From Patescibacteria group bacterium (GTDB lineage: Bacteria; Patescibacteriota; Patescibacteriia; CAIXNZ01), in the NCBI GenBank assembly GCA_041651155.1, contig JBAZJU010000005.1, forward strand, positions 2,653 through 66,652: a DNA stretch of 64,000 bases, given 5' to 3'. Positions 1 through 9,491 of the stretch are shown piece after piece; position 1 is the stretch's first letter, and each line of letters starts with the position of its first letter. The position numbers and the translations under genes are program-made. The notes beneath the pieces are model-generated. The model saw only the letters and a list, made by a program, of their open reading frames with translations, made no database searches and was not told where the DNA came from.

Positions 1-414
1 CAAACATTCATTTTGACCCGTACGCGCGCCCCGGCACCGCACCCGCAACGATTAACTTAAGCGGGTGGCAAAGCCGGGGCGCAATCGCGAATTGTGCCAT
101 CTAGCCAGGACTCAGACAATTATCGACCTGGCAAGGCGCTTTCTCAGCGAAATTCCAACCAAAATTTATATCGAACACGTCGCGAGAGGAGACCCCTCAA
201 ATGAAACGGAACAAAGATAGCCCTGCTCACACTTGTGAGCATCTCAAATCCATATGACCGCCGGCACCAACGACGCCGAGAGCCTCAAACTGGCCTAAAC
301 ATTGTGTTTATGTCCAGAAAAAATAGAGGCTAACCCAGTCTGCCCTGGTTCTAGCCGCACCGTAAAAAAACGATGTTGCAAGAAAAACCGGGCGCATACA
401 AACCTAAATTAACA
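1..414. ncRNA. Candidate structured non-coding RNA (may extend beyond the window start)
   Basis: GC-rich, no long ORF, several hairpins (gcgccccggc/gccggggcgc, acccgc/gcgggt, tgctcac/gtgagca), ends at a strong hairpin. Confidence 0.3.
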
Positions 415-444
415 TAGACCCTGGATTAACTAATCCAGGGTCTA
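415..444. terminator. Perfect 14-bp stem hairpin, probable intrinsic terminator
   Basis: tagaccctggatta-ac-taatccagggtcta followed by an AT-rich run. Confidence 0.65.
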
Positions 445-457
445 ATTTATTTAATTA

Positions 458-555
458 AAAAAAGACAAACCGTCCTTGTGTCATTCAGAGAGAAGCGTGG
501 AATTCTTGAACTAATAGATTATTCGTTTCACTCCGAAAGACGGTTTGTCTTTTTT
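458..555. terminator. Long inverted repeat downstream of HU, probable terminator with a degenerate palindromic element in its loop
   Basis: aaaaaagacaaaccgtc ... gacggtttgtctttttt; the same arms recur at 8157-8264. Confidence 0.55.
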
Positions 556-572
556 ATTTTGGGGAAGTAGTT

Positions 573-854
573 TTATTTACCTTTGAGAGCGTCTTTTAAA
601 GCTTTGCCAGACTTGAATTTTGGAATAACAACTTCTGGAATGTCAATTTTTTCATTCGGCTTTTGCGGATTCACGCCTTTGCGGGCATGCCTGATTTTGG
701 CAGAAAAAGTGCCAAAGCCGGTTAAAACAACTTCTTCTTTTCTTTTCAAACTGTCAGTAATAAGCGCCAGCATGCTTTCCAAAACTTCTTCAGCCTGTTT
801 TTTGGTTAGGTTTGTTTTTGAGGCTAAAGCCTCAATGAGAGCGGCTTTATTCAT
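573..854 (-). CDS. hup: HU family DNA-binding protein
   Basis: MNKAALIEALA..., GFGTF, ARKGVNPQ, PKFKSGKALKD. Confidence 0.95.
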   Translation of the reverse strand: MNKAALIEALASKTNLTKKQAEEVLESMLALITDSLKRKEEVVLTGFGTFSAKIRHARKGVNPQKPNEKIDIPEVVIPKFKSGKALKDALKGK

Positions 855-896
855 ATGGGTTTGAATTATGAATTATGAGATCTGAATTATGATTTA

Positions 897-1700
897 TTAA
901 ATTGTTACTTCAGTATTAATCCTCTCTATTTTTATAGCTTTTTGGGTTTTGGGATTTATTTCCAGATAAACGCCATTAATCTGGCATAAACCTGATTCTG
1001 GAATTTCACCCGGTTCGTTTATTTGGGTTAGATAATTTTTAATAATTATTTTTTTATCCAAGCCAATGACAGAATTTTTTGCGCCTATAAAACCCAAATC
1101 AGATATGTAGGCAGCGCCATTATCTAAAATCCGTTCATCAGCAGTCTGTACATGAGTATGGCTGCCGATTAAGGCTGAAACTCTGCCATCAAGATAATAA
1201 CCCAAGGCTACTTTCTCGCTGGTGGCTTCAGCATGAAAATCCACAATTATGCCTGCTAGTTTGTCCTTTTTGTGGTTCTCCAGGATTTGATTAATGGTTT
1301 TAAACGGGTCGTCAAAATCTTCCCTGAAAAATACTCTACCCACTAAGTTTACCACAAGCAGAGTATTTAGGCCAATTTTAACAATTTTTTCACCTTTGCC
1401 GGTTGTGCCTTCAGGATAATTGGCTGGCCGCAATAAAGGTGAATCTTTTTTGTTTAATATTGCATAAACATCATTTTTATCCCAGACATGATTGCCAGAG
1501 GTAAAAACATCTATGCCAATCTCCTGCATTTCTTTAATCGTTGGTTCAGTCACGCCTTTGCCATGAGCCAGATTTTCAACATTAGCCATAATTAAATCAG
1601 GCTGATATTTATCTTTTAAATCAGGCAGGGCTTTGGTTATGGCCTGGCGGCCGATTTTACCAAAAATGTCGCCGAAGAAGAGGATTTTGATGGGAGTCAT
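897..1700 (-). CDS. ymdB: YmdB/TIGR00282 family metallophosphoesterase
   Basis: ILFFGDIFG, NVEN, TSGNHVWD, DFHAEATSEK, GSHTHVQTAD; next to rny. Start moved to MTPIK because the ORF-track extension lies in a repeat. Confidence 0.92.
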   Translation of the reverse strand: MTPIKILFFGDIFGKIGRQAITKALPDLKDKYQPDLIMANVENLAHGKGVTEPTIKEMQEIGIDVFTSGNHVWDKNDVYAILNKKDSPLLRPANYPEGTTGKGEKIVKIGLNTLLVVNLVGRVFFREDFDDPFKTINQILENHKKDKLAGIIVDFHAEATSEKVALGYYLDGRVSALIGSHTHVQTADERILDNGAAYISDLGFIGAKNSVIGLDKKIIIKNYLTQINEPGEIPESGLCQINGVYLEINPKTQKAIKIERINTEVTI

Positions 1701-1707
1701 ATGGTTG

Positions 1708-1834
1708 AAATGACAAATAACCAATAACAAATAACAAATAAATCTCAAATCTCAAATCCCAAATTTTATAGTTTGATTATTGTAATTTGGTATTTGGTTA
1801 TTATTTGGAGCTTGGTGCTTGTATCTTGAGATTT
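1708..1834. repeat. Heptamer-period imperfect inverted repeat element
   Basis: aaatgac/aaataac/aaatctc... units followed by complementary tt(t)ggtt/att units; 24 bp (1794-1817) identical to 57268-57291. Confidence 0.75.
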
Positions 1835-1836
1835 AA

Positions 1837-3360
1837 TTAACGCGCGTATTCAGTCACTCTCATTTCCCTGATCACATTAACCTTAATTTCACCGGGATAC
1901 TTGAGTTCCTCCTCAATTTTGTGAGCAATGTCTTGAGCTAATTTGGCAGCGCCTAAATCATCAATTTCATCCGGAGTGACAAAGACACGCACTTCGCGGC
2001 CAGCCTGGATAGCATAAGATTTTTGCACGCCAGCAAAGGAATTCGCAACTTTTTCCAGTTCTTCCAATCTTTGTAAATATCTCTCATAAGTATCTTTGCG
2101 GGCACCAGGGCGGGCGCCTGAAATAGCATCAGCCACTTTAACAATGATGCCTTCTAAAGTTTTTGGCGCATCTTCATGATGAGCAATACACATGTAGGCA
2201 ATATCTTCAGGCATATTGAATTTTTTCATGATGTCATAACCAATTTCCGGATGTCCGCCTTTGACTTCCTGGTCAACGGCTTTGCCAATATCATGGAAAA
2301 GTCCGCCTTTTTTACAGACAGTGACATTAGCTTTTAATTCTTCAGCCAAAAGGCCAGAAATATGAGCCACCTCTAAAGAATGCAAAAGCACATTATGTCC
2401 ATAGCTGGTTCTGAATTTTAGGCGTCCCAGAATTTGGACTAATTTAGGATCAATGCCAGTGATTCCCATTTCATATAAGGCATCTTCACCGGCTTTCTTG
2501 ATTTCAATGGCAATTTCTCTTTTGGCACTTTCAATGGCTTCTTCAATTTTGGTCGGGTGAATACGTCCGTCTAAAATTAAAGCTTGTAAAGCGCGTTTGG
2601 CCACCTGGCGTCTAATCGGAGAGAAGCCTGAAATGGTAATGGCCATAGGAGTATCATCAACTACAATTTCAGTGCCGGTTAATTGTTCAATGGAACGGAT
2701 GTTTCTGCCTTCACGGCCAATGATTCTGCCTTTCATTTCATCATTCGGCAGATCAACTGTGGTAGTTGTTATTTCCTGAGCATGGGAAATAGAACATCTT
2801 TGAATGACAAGAGATAAAATATCTTTGGCTTTTCTTTCTAATTCATCTTGCCCTTCAGCCTGCAGTTTTCTCATGCGAGCCAGAATATCTTCTTTAATAA
2901 CTCTTTCCGTGTTTTCCAACAGCACATCTTTGGCCTGGTCTTTGGTCATTTTGGCGATCTTTTCCAGCTTTTCCATTTGTTCCTCACGAATTTTAGCGAC
3001 CCTTTCCTTTATTTCTTCCACTTCTTTGGCTCTTTCTAATAACCTTTGCTGTTTGTTTTCTAAATCTAGAAGTTTTTGGTCAAAAATGCTTTCTCTTTTT
3101 TCCAATCTTTGCTGTAAATGCGACAAATCAGCGCGTCTTTGCTGTTCTTCACGCTTGGCTTCATCAATAATTTGCAAAGCCTTGTCTTTGGCCTGGAGCA
3201 AGATTTCTTTCTGTTTGTTTTTTGATTCATTGATTAAATGTTCAGCCTTGGCTTCAGCGCCTTCTATTTCTCTTTTAGCCAGAAATTTTCTGACAAAATA
3301 ACCAATAACAAAACCGGCTACCACGGCAGCTGCTGAAATACTAAATGTTAAAAAATCCAT
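1837..3360 (-). CDS. rny: Ribonuclease Y
   Basis: N-terminal TM, coiled coil, KH motif GRIIGREGRNIR, HD motif HDIGK, C-terminal YAIQAGREVRV. Confidence 0.97.
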   Translation of the reverse strand: MDFLTFSISAAAVVAGFVIGYFVRKFLAKREIEGAEAKAEHLINESKNKQKEILLQAKDKALQIIDEAKREEQQRRADLSHLQQRLEKRESIFDQKLLDLENKQQRLLERAKEVEEIKERVAKIREEQMEKLEKIAKMTKDQAKDVLLENTERVIKEDILARMRKLQAEGQDELERKAKDILSLVIQRCSISHAQEITTTTVDLPNDEMKGRIIGREGRNIRSIEQLTGTEIVVDDTPMAITISGFSPIRRQVAKRALQALILDGRIHPTKIEEAIESAKREIAIEIKKAGEDALYEMGITGIDPKLVQILGRLKFRTSYGHNVLLHSLEVAHISGLLAEELKANVTVCKKGGLFHDIGKAVDQEVKGGHPEIGYDIMKKFNMPEDIAYMCIAHHEDAPKTLEGIIVKVADAISGARPGARKDTYERYLQRLEELEKVANSFAGVQKSYAIQAGREVRVFVTPDEIDDLGAAKLAQDIAHKIEEELKYPGEIKVNVIREMRVTEYAR

Positions 3361-3608
3361 ATTTTTTCCTATCGGAAAACAGAGAGCGGATTTAAAGGGA
3401 CATTAAATAAGAGCGATTTTTAAGGGAGAAATCGTCTTGATAGAAGTTTTGACAATAAGGTTTTGTTTATATGAGTTCATGATAATGTATAAATCTTCCT
3501 ATTTAATACCAATAAATTTATGGTCGCAAATCCAAATCTCTATTTTTTTATTTATTAGTGATTTTAGTTTAGCATAAATGATTTATTTAGGCAAGTCAGA
3601 GCTTTAAA

Positions 3609-3640
3609 TTGACTTTTTAGCCTTAAATCTGTATATTTAA
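3609..3640 (+). promoter_or_regulatory. Putative sigma70 promoter of infB
   Basis: ttgact-17 bp-tatatt. Confidence 0.45.
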
Positions 3641-3676
3641 TGAATAAGCAAATATGAAAAATTTATTTTTTAGCCC

Positions 3677-5677
3677 ATGAATGTTTCAGAATTAGCCAGA
3701 AAATTTAAAGTAACTTCAACTGAACTTTTGGATATATTGCCGGAATTTGGTTTTGATATCGGCAAAAGAGCGATTAAAGTTGATAATAAAGTGGCACAAA
3801 AGATTATCAAAATGGGTCAGAAAATTCAAGACAAAATATCGGAGATTAAGACCGCCAAAAAAGAAGAATTAGCCGAAATTAAAAAAATTCCCGAAACCGC
3901 AGAAGCAATACAGGAAATAAAAATACCGGCGGCTATTACGGTCAGAGATTTTGCCCAGGTCATGAATAAACCCATTAATGCTGTGATAAAGGAATTAATG
4001 AAAAATGGCGTCCTGGCTTCTTTAAATGAAAAAATTGATTATGATACAGCGGCGATTATTGCTGATGAATTTGGCTTAAAAATTTCTTTAGCCGCTGATG
4101 AAGAAGATCAAGAAGAGGCAGGTGGAAAAATTAAAAATATTTTATCTCAAGAAAAAAAATCGCAATTAAAATCCAGAGCGCCAGTTGTGGTAGTAATGGG
4201 CCACGTAGATCACGGCAAAACAAAATTATTGGACACTATTAGAAAAACAAATGTGATGGCTGGCGAAGCGGGCGGGATCACCCAGCATATAGGCGCTTAT
4301 CAGGTGAAAAAAAAGGGGCATTTAATTACCTTTATAGATACGCCAGGCCATGAAGCGTTTACTGCTATGCGTTCCCGCGGAGCTAAGGTCGCAGATATTG
4401 CCATTTTAGTCGTGGCTGCCAATGATAGCGTTAAGCCGCAAACCGTTGAAGCAATTAAAATTATCTCCCAGGCAAAAATTCCCATGATTGTGGCGATTAA
4501 TAAAATTGATTTGCCGGAAGCAGATATTGAAAAAGTTAAAAAAGATCTATCAACTTTGAATCTATTGCCTGAAGACTGGGGCGGACAGACTATTTGCCGG
4601 CCTATTTCTGCCAAGGAAAATATAGGCATTGATGAACTCTTAGATACTATAATTTTAATAACTGAGATGGAGAAAGACAAAATTGTGGCTAACCCAAATA
4701 AAGAAGCGGTCGGCACGATTATTGAAGCGCATATTGATCAAGGCGAGGGTCCAGTGGCAACTATTTTAATTCAAAATGGCACTTTAAAATTAGGCGATAA
4801 TTTATGTATTGAGGAAGCTTTTTTCGGCAAAGCGCGCGCTTTGAAAGATTTTACTAATCAAGACATTGCCGAAGCTTTGCCTTCCACTCCCGTAAAAATA
4901 ATAGGTTTGAAATTTCCGCCCAAAGTAGGAGATATATTAGAGGTGACTTGTAAGATAGAAAGAAGGCATAAAAAGGTCAGGGGCCAGGAAGCTTTTAGAA
5001 GCGAAGCAGTGCGCAAACAGATTTCTAAACGCGCTGAAGAAAGAAATGAAGAAGACCAGAAAAAGTTAAATTTAATAATTAGAGCAGATGTTTTAGGTTC
5101 ATTAGAAGTTATCAGCGAATCAATTGAAAAAATTGAGTCCAAAGAAGTTAAAGCTGACATTATTTTTAAAGGCCTTGGCAGCATTACTGATGCGGATATT
5201 GATTTGGCTTCAAGCACCCAGGCAATTGTTTTGGGTTTTCATGTTAAAGCCACAAGTTTAGCAGATGAATTAGCCAGAGAAAAAAAAGTAGATATAAAAT
5301 ATTACACTGTTATTTATAAATTATTAGATGAAGTCAAAGAAAAATTGTCAGCCTTGCTTTCGCCTGAAATTTTGAGCAAAGAAATCGGCCAGGCAGAAGT
5401 TTTAGCAATTTTTAAAAGTGAGTCCAAGAATATGATTTTGGGAGTCAAAGTTTTGGCAGGCAAAGTCTCCAAAGATTTAAAGGCGAAAGTTTTTCGCAAA
5501 AATGAATTAATTGAAACTGGCGACATTACTGATGTGCAAATTGGCAAAGAAAGAGTGACTGATGCTATGGCTGGCCAGGAATGCGGGCTTAAATTTGTGG
5601 GCAGACCTGAGGTAAAAATTGGCGATCGCCTGGAATTATATAAAGAAGAAGAGATTATGAAAAAAATAGCGACCTAA
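3677..5677 (+). CDS. infB: Translation initiation factor IF-2
   Basis: [27 protein letters not shown]. Confidence 0.98.
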   Translation: MNVSELARKFKVTSTELLDILPEFGFDIGKRAIKVDNKVAQKIIKMGQKIQDKISEIKTAKKEELAEIKKIPETAEAIQEIKIPAAITVRDFAQVMNKPINAVIKELMKNGVLASLNEKIDYDTAAIIADEFGLKISLAADEEDQEEAGGKIKNILSQEKKSQLKSRAPVVVVMGHVDHGKTKLLDTIRKTNVMAGEAGGITQHIGAYQVKKKGHLITFIDTPGHEAFTAMRSRGAKVADIAILVVAANDSVKPQTVEAIKIISQAKIPMIVAINKIDLPEADIEKVKKDLSTLNLLPEDWGGQTICRPISAKENIGIDELLDTIILITEMEKDKIVANPNKEAVGTIIEAHIDQGEGPVATILIQNGTLKLGDNLCIEEAFFGKARALKDFTNQDIAEALPSTPVKIIGLKFPPKVGDILEVTCKIERRHKKVRGQEAFRSEAVRKQISKRAEERNEEDQKKLNLIIRADVLGSLEVISESIEKIESKEVKADIIFKGLGSITDADIDLASSTQAIVLGFHVKATSLADELAREKKVDIKYYTVIYKLLDEVKEKLSALLSPEILSKEIGQAEVLAIFKSESKNMILGVKVLAGKVSKDLKAKVFRKNELIETGDITDVQIGKERVTDAMAGQECGLKFVGRPEVKIGDRLELYKEEEIMKKIAT

Positions 5678-5693
5678 ATATTTTTTTAGATCG

Positions 5694-5948
5694 CTAAGCC
5701 TCGGATTTGCCGGAAATAAATTTAAAGACTGCTGTTGCCAGCCAGATGAAGAATAAACAAAGTAAGGCTAGGCCTGTGCTGATCAGAAAAATAATCAGCA
5801 GTATTAGCAGATAATACCCGATGATTGTGGAGATTATTCCAAGTTGGGTCAGAATGATGTAACTTGGAATTCCTACCAAAAGCAATGCCATAAGACAAAT
5901 GGCCGCTAAGGTTAATTTCCTTAACAGATTAATGGTTTTTGCCTTCAT
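5694..5948 (-). CDS. Small two-TM membrane protein
   Basis: Two hydrophobic stretches; AAAGGAGG upstream of the ATG. Confidence 0.7.
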   Translation of the reverse strand: MKAKTINLLRKLTLAAICLMALLLVGIPSYIILTQLGIISTIIGYYLLILLIIFLISTGLALLCLFFIWLATAVFKFISGKSEA

Positions 5949-6015
5949 TTAGTCGCCTCCTTTGATTTTTAGTTATAAGAAATATATCATATTTTAATAA
6001 TTTTGTCAATATACT

Positions 6016-6339
6016 ATGTCTGAAATTAAACTAACCTCAGCAAATTTTGAGGAAGAAGTATTAAAAAGCAAGGTGCCTATTTTGGTTGATTTTTGGGCTG
6101 AATGGTGCGGCCCGTGCAAAATGATGGGCCCTGTTTTAGAACAATTAGCCACAGAAATGGAAGGCAAGCCTGTTAAAATAGCCAAATGCAATGTTGATGA
6201 AAATCAGGATTTGGCGCAGAAGTATAATATTATGTCCATTCCGGCTTTTAAGATTTTTAAAAATGGGCAGGTGGTGGAAGAATGGGTGGGTGCTCAAACA
6301 TTGGAGGGATTGAAATCTAAGTTAGAGAAAATAATTTGA
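6016..6339 (+). CDS. trxA: Thioredoxin
   Basis: WCGPC active site, SIP motif. Confidence 0.97.
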   Translation: MSEIKLTSANFEEEVLKSKVPILVDFWAEWCGPCKMMGPVLEQLATEMEGKPVKIAKCNVDENQDLAQKYNIMSIPAFKIFKNGQVVEEWVGAQTLEGLKSKLEKII

Positions 6340-6410
6340 TAACGGAACCACTGATTTTATTTGTGCAATCAGTGTATAGAATCAGTGGTTCAGCTAACTT
6401 TATAAAACTT

Positions 6411-7367
6411 ATGCCAGAACAATACGACCTAATCATCATCGGCGGCGGTCCAGCCGGTTTAACCGCTGGAATTTATGCATCCCGCCGCAATTTAAAAACC
6501 CTGATTATTACCAAAAATATAGGCGGTCAGGCCAGTAGTGCCAGCTGGGTGGAAAATTATCCTGGTTTTGACAAGGTTAATGGTTATGAATTAATGCAAA
6601 AATTTCAAAAGCAGGCAGAAAGTTTTGGCAGTGAGTTTAAATATGAAGAAATCGCCAAGGTAGAGAAAAAAAATAAGCATTTTTTGGTCAAGACAGTGAC
6701 CGGCAATGAATTTGAGTCAATCAGCGTAATTTTAACTTTTGGCAAAACCCCCAGCAACTTAAATGTACCTGGCGAAAAAGAATTTACTGGCAAAGGCGTG
6801 GCTTATTGCGCGACTTGCGATGGCCCATTATTTAAAAATAAAATTGTAGCAGTAATTGGCGGTGGAAATTCGGCCTTAGAATCTGCTGATTATATGTCTA
6901 AAATTGCCCAAAAAGTATTTTTAATACATCGTCGCGAGGAATTTAGAGGCGAAGCGATTTTAATTGATCGGATAAAGAAAGACCCTAATATTGAATTAAA
7001 ATTAAATAAAACCGTGGCTGAAATTAAAGGCGATAAGTTTGTTCAGTCAATTATTTTAGAAGATGCGAAGACTAAAGCCAAAGAAGAATTAAAATTGGAC
7101 GGGATATTTGTGGAAATCGGGTATAGCGTTGATGCCAGCGCGATTAAGGATCTGGTTAAAACAAATGAAAAAAATGAAATTATAATTGATGAGGCCTGTC
7201 AGACAAGTTTAGAAGGCGTTTTTGCGGCCGGTGATGTGACTGATATAAAATTTAAACAAATTGTAATTTCCGCTGCTGAAGGAGCCAAGGCAGCTTTGAC
7301 CGCATATAAATATATCCAGGATATTAAAGGGACCAAAGAGGCAATATTTGATTGGGGGAAGAAGTAA
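6411..7367 (+). CDS. trxB: Thioredoxin reductase
   Basis: GGGPAG, CATCD, GGGNSA, HRR, GVFAAGD; start moved to MPEQYD. Confidence 0.95.
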   Translation: MPEQYDLIIIGGGPAGLTAGIYASRRNLKTLIITKNIGGQASSASWVENYPGFDKVNGYELMQKFQKQAESFGSEFKYEEIAKVEKKNKHFLVKTVTGNEFESISVILTFGKTPSNLNVPGEKEFTGKGVAYCATCDGPLFKNKIVAVIGGGNSALESADYMSKIAQKVFLIHRREEFRGEAILIDRIKKDPNIELKLNKTVAEIKGDKFVQSIILEDAKTKAKEELKLDGIFVEIGYSVDASAIKDLVKTNEKNEIIIDEACQTSLEGVFAAGDVTDIKFKQIVISAAEGAKAALTAYKYIQDIKGTKEAIFDWGKK

Positions 7368-7452
7368 ACCACGGATTTTTGTTCACGGATTGCACGGATA
7401 TGAAAAGGTGATAATTTTAACCACGGATTTTGATCACGGATTGCACGGATAT
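7367..7452. repeat. Short-period cacggat repeat, two direct copies
   Basis: ccacggatttt...tcacggattgcacggatat occurs twice. Confidence 0.75.
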
Positions 7453-7571
7453 TTTGATGCATGAACTCAAAAATTCGGTGCTGGAATGATAGATTTTTTT
7501 CTGTTACTGAATTTAAGTACAACCTTTTCTGCCCCCCTCTTTTTTAAGGAGGGGAAAGCGTGGATGAGAAT

Positions 7572-7740
7572 TTTGTAAATTTGTATTTAGATTCGTAATT
7601 TCGTAGGGCATATTGACTTTGCCCTTTTTTGTTTTTTTGATAAAATTAAAATGCGAATCTGCGAATTGCCCGAATCTACAAATATGGTTAAGCCAGGGAA
7701 CTATTTGTAAATTTGTAAAAGATTCGTAATTTCGTAGGGT
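7572..7740. repeat. Direct repeat pair ttgtaaatttgta..gattcgtaatttcgtaggg with a complementary gcgaat-type tract between
   Basis: Copies at ~7572-7608 and ~7704-7740. Confidence 0.75.
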
Positions 7741-7765
7741 CTTACGTTTTTTAACCAATCTAACC

Positions 7766-8158
7766 ATGGACGAGCAAGCCAAAGATTTCATCAACAAAGA
7801 TTTTATCTACGCCATTGTGGGCGCGACAGCCAATAAAAATAAATATGGGCACAAGGTTTTAGTTGATTTAAAGAAGAAGGGTTTTAAAGTTTTGCCAGTT
7901 AATCCCAAGTATGAAGAAATTGCTGGTTTGGTTTGTTATCCTGATTTAATTTCTATTGAGGAAAGGCCTGATGTTGTGGTTATGGTTTTGGGCGAGGAAA
8001 ATGCTAAAAAGATAATGAAAGATTCCATTGATTTAAATTTAAATCGCATTTGGTTTCAGCCTGGCTCTGAATATCCGCCTGCAGTCCAAATGGCCCAGAG
8101 CGCCGGGTTTAAAATCATAATAGGCGAATGCCTGATGGCAGAAACAGAAAATTTATAA
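7766..8158 (+). CDS. CoA-binding (YccU-like) protein
   Basis: AIVGAT..NKYG, PVNP, WFQPG, GECL. Confidence 0.9.
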   Translation: MDEQAKDFINKDFIYAIVGATANKNKYGHKVLVDLKKKGFKVLPVNPKYEEIAGLVCYPDLISIEERPDVVVMVLGEENAKKIMKDSIDLNLNRIWFQPGSEYPPAVQMAQSAGFKIIIGECLMAETENL

Positions 8159-8264
8159 AAAAAGACAAACCGTAATTTTACAGGCCACTTTAGTGGTCGT
8201 ACGATGACATGGCCTCGCCAATGCGGGCTAAAGTCATCAGTAATGTAAAAGGTTTGTCTTTTTT
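8157..8264. terminator. Inverted repeat with a branched internal structure
   Basis: aaaaaaagacaaacc ... ggtttgtctttttt enclosing ttttaca/tgtaaaa, ggccac/gtggtc and gatgac/gtcatc stems. Confidence 0.55.
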
Positions 8265-8343
8265 AATTTGCACTGTTTGACATTTTCCGAAAACATGCTA
8301 AGGTAAAATGAAGTCCTTTTAAAATCACAGAAAGGAGCAGATA

Positions 8344-8853
8344 ATGCAGTGCCCGTATTTGGACAAGCTAGACAAAAGGTTTTTAGTCTATAAGACTAAG
8401 AGCTTGTACTTAAACCATTGCACGGCGACTGAATTCAAAAAAGTTTTCGGAGATTTTACTTCTCTCACTTTTAAAAATGAGGAATTTACCCAGTTTACAA
8501 TAGAAAATGATCTGGGAGAAATGTCTATAATTTTTGACAGTGTTAGCGGGTTGTTGATTTATATCAGTTTGGAATTGTATGAAGACATAGCTTTGCCCGA
8601 ATTTTTGACCAGATATGGTTATGAGAAGTATGCCTATTTTGAATTCTTAGGCAACAACTATTTAGCTTTTAACCAGAATTTGGCTGTCAGGCTGAGCTTG
8701 AAAACTAAATTGGTCGTAAGTTTGTCTTTTGCCAATAGCAACTATGTCCAAAAAGCTGAAACAGAATTTTTTGAAGCAATGAAAAAAGCTTTGGAAAACA
8801 TGGAGGTTGAGAACGCAGGCGCGCCAAAGGTGATCTGCTTAACTGTCCAGTAA
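8344..8853 (+). CDS. Hypothetical protein (paralog of 8893..9402)
   Basis: 169-aa ORF, AAAGGAG RBS, ttgaca promoter at ~8278. Confidence 0.75.
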   Translation: MQCPYLDKLDKRFLVYKTKSLYLNHCTATEFKKVFGDFTSLTFKNEEFTQFTIENDLGEMSIIFDSVSGLLIYISLELYEDIALPEFLTRYGYEKYAYFEFLGNNYLAFNQNLAVRLSLKTKLVVSLSFANSNYVQKAETEFFEAMKKALENMEVENAGAPKVICLTVQ

Positions 8854-8892
8854 AAGCCCTGTACCACATAGGATGCAAGGCGGGGAGGAATC

Positions 8893-9402
8893 ATGGACTT
8901 GCCTTATGTTAAAAACGGAATACTTTTTTTGGAAGAAGAAAAAATCCCAATTGTTGATTGTACTTATCAGCAATTGGTTGCGATCCTAAATGAACCGGAA
9001 GAAGCTATTCTAATTGATAATACAAATTGGGCAACATTTTGTTTCCCCAATGATTATGGCACGCTGAAAGCCCATTTTATTCTGCACGATCACAATCTGG
9101 AACCCGGAAAAAATGGCGAACAATTACTGGAATTTACCAAAGCAACATTAGCAGAGATATATTTTGAGCTGTACTCTCCAGTGGCCTTGCCAGCATTAAG
9201 TGAAAAACATGGCCAGCCCAGATTTCTGCAAAGTAATGGCATAACCTTTGCCGCATTTAATGAGAACTTTTTGGCCAAAATGAAAAATGGCAAGGAAGTT
9301 GACTGCCTCTGGTTTTTAAACTTTGAGGCCATGAAAAAAAGCACATTGCCTGATTTTTACAAAGAGCTGCAATTACTCTTTGTTTCCCAATTAATACATT
9401 AG
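8893..9402 (+). CDS. Hypothetical protein (paralog of 8344..8853)
   Basis: 169-aa ORF, GGAGG RBS; shares CT, ND.G, ELY..ALP and AFN.N motifs with the upstream ORF. Confidence 0.75.
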   Translation: MDLPYVKNGILFLEEEKIPIVDCTYQQLVAILNEPEEAILIDNTNWATFCFPNDYGTLKAHFILHDHNLEPGKNGEQLLEFTKATLAEIYFELYSPVALPALSEKHGQPRFLQSNGITFAAFNENFLAKMKNGKEVDCLWFLNFEAMKKSTLPDFYKELQLLFVSQLIH

Positions 9403-9491
9403 CCCCGCGGAGCGAGGCTTTAAACAGTCGTTTTTTTAGGAACTGATTTTCTAAAAAACAAACCCCACCATTAAGGCGGGGTTTTTTCTAT

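Noticed and set aside
1-414. RNase P RNA, tmRNA or a DGR template repeat
   Set aside because: No GAGGAAAGUCC P4 motif, no tRNA-like ends on either strand, and no similarity to the 3' end of 10339..11016
1701-1748. N-terminal extension of YmdB in the ORF track (and similar extensions for trxB, hicA, tuf, rplB)
   Set aside because: They run through repeat or leader DNA from alternative start codons; downstream ATGs fit the family starts
7513-7797. 94-aa minus-strand ORF
   Set aside because: Translation of repeat elements (YESFTNLQ/YEITNLNTNLQ) that overlaps the start of the CoA-binding gene
8172-8250. Hammerhead ribozyme on the minus strand (contains CUGAUGA)
   Set aside because: The required GAAA after stem II is absent and the GAUGAC is itself paired
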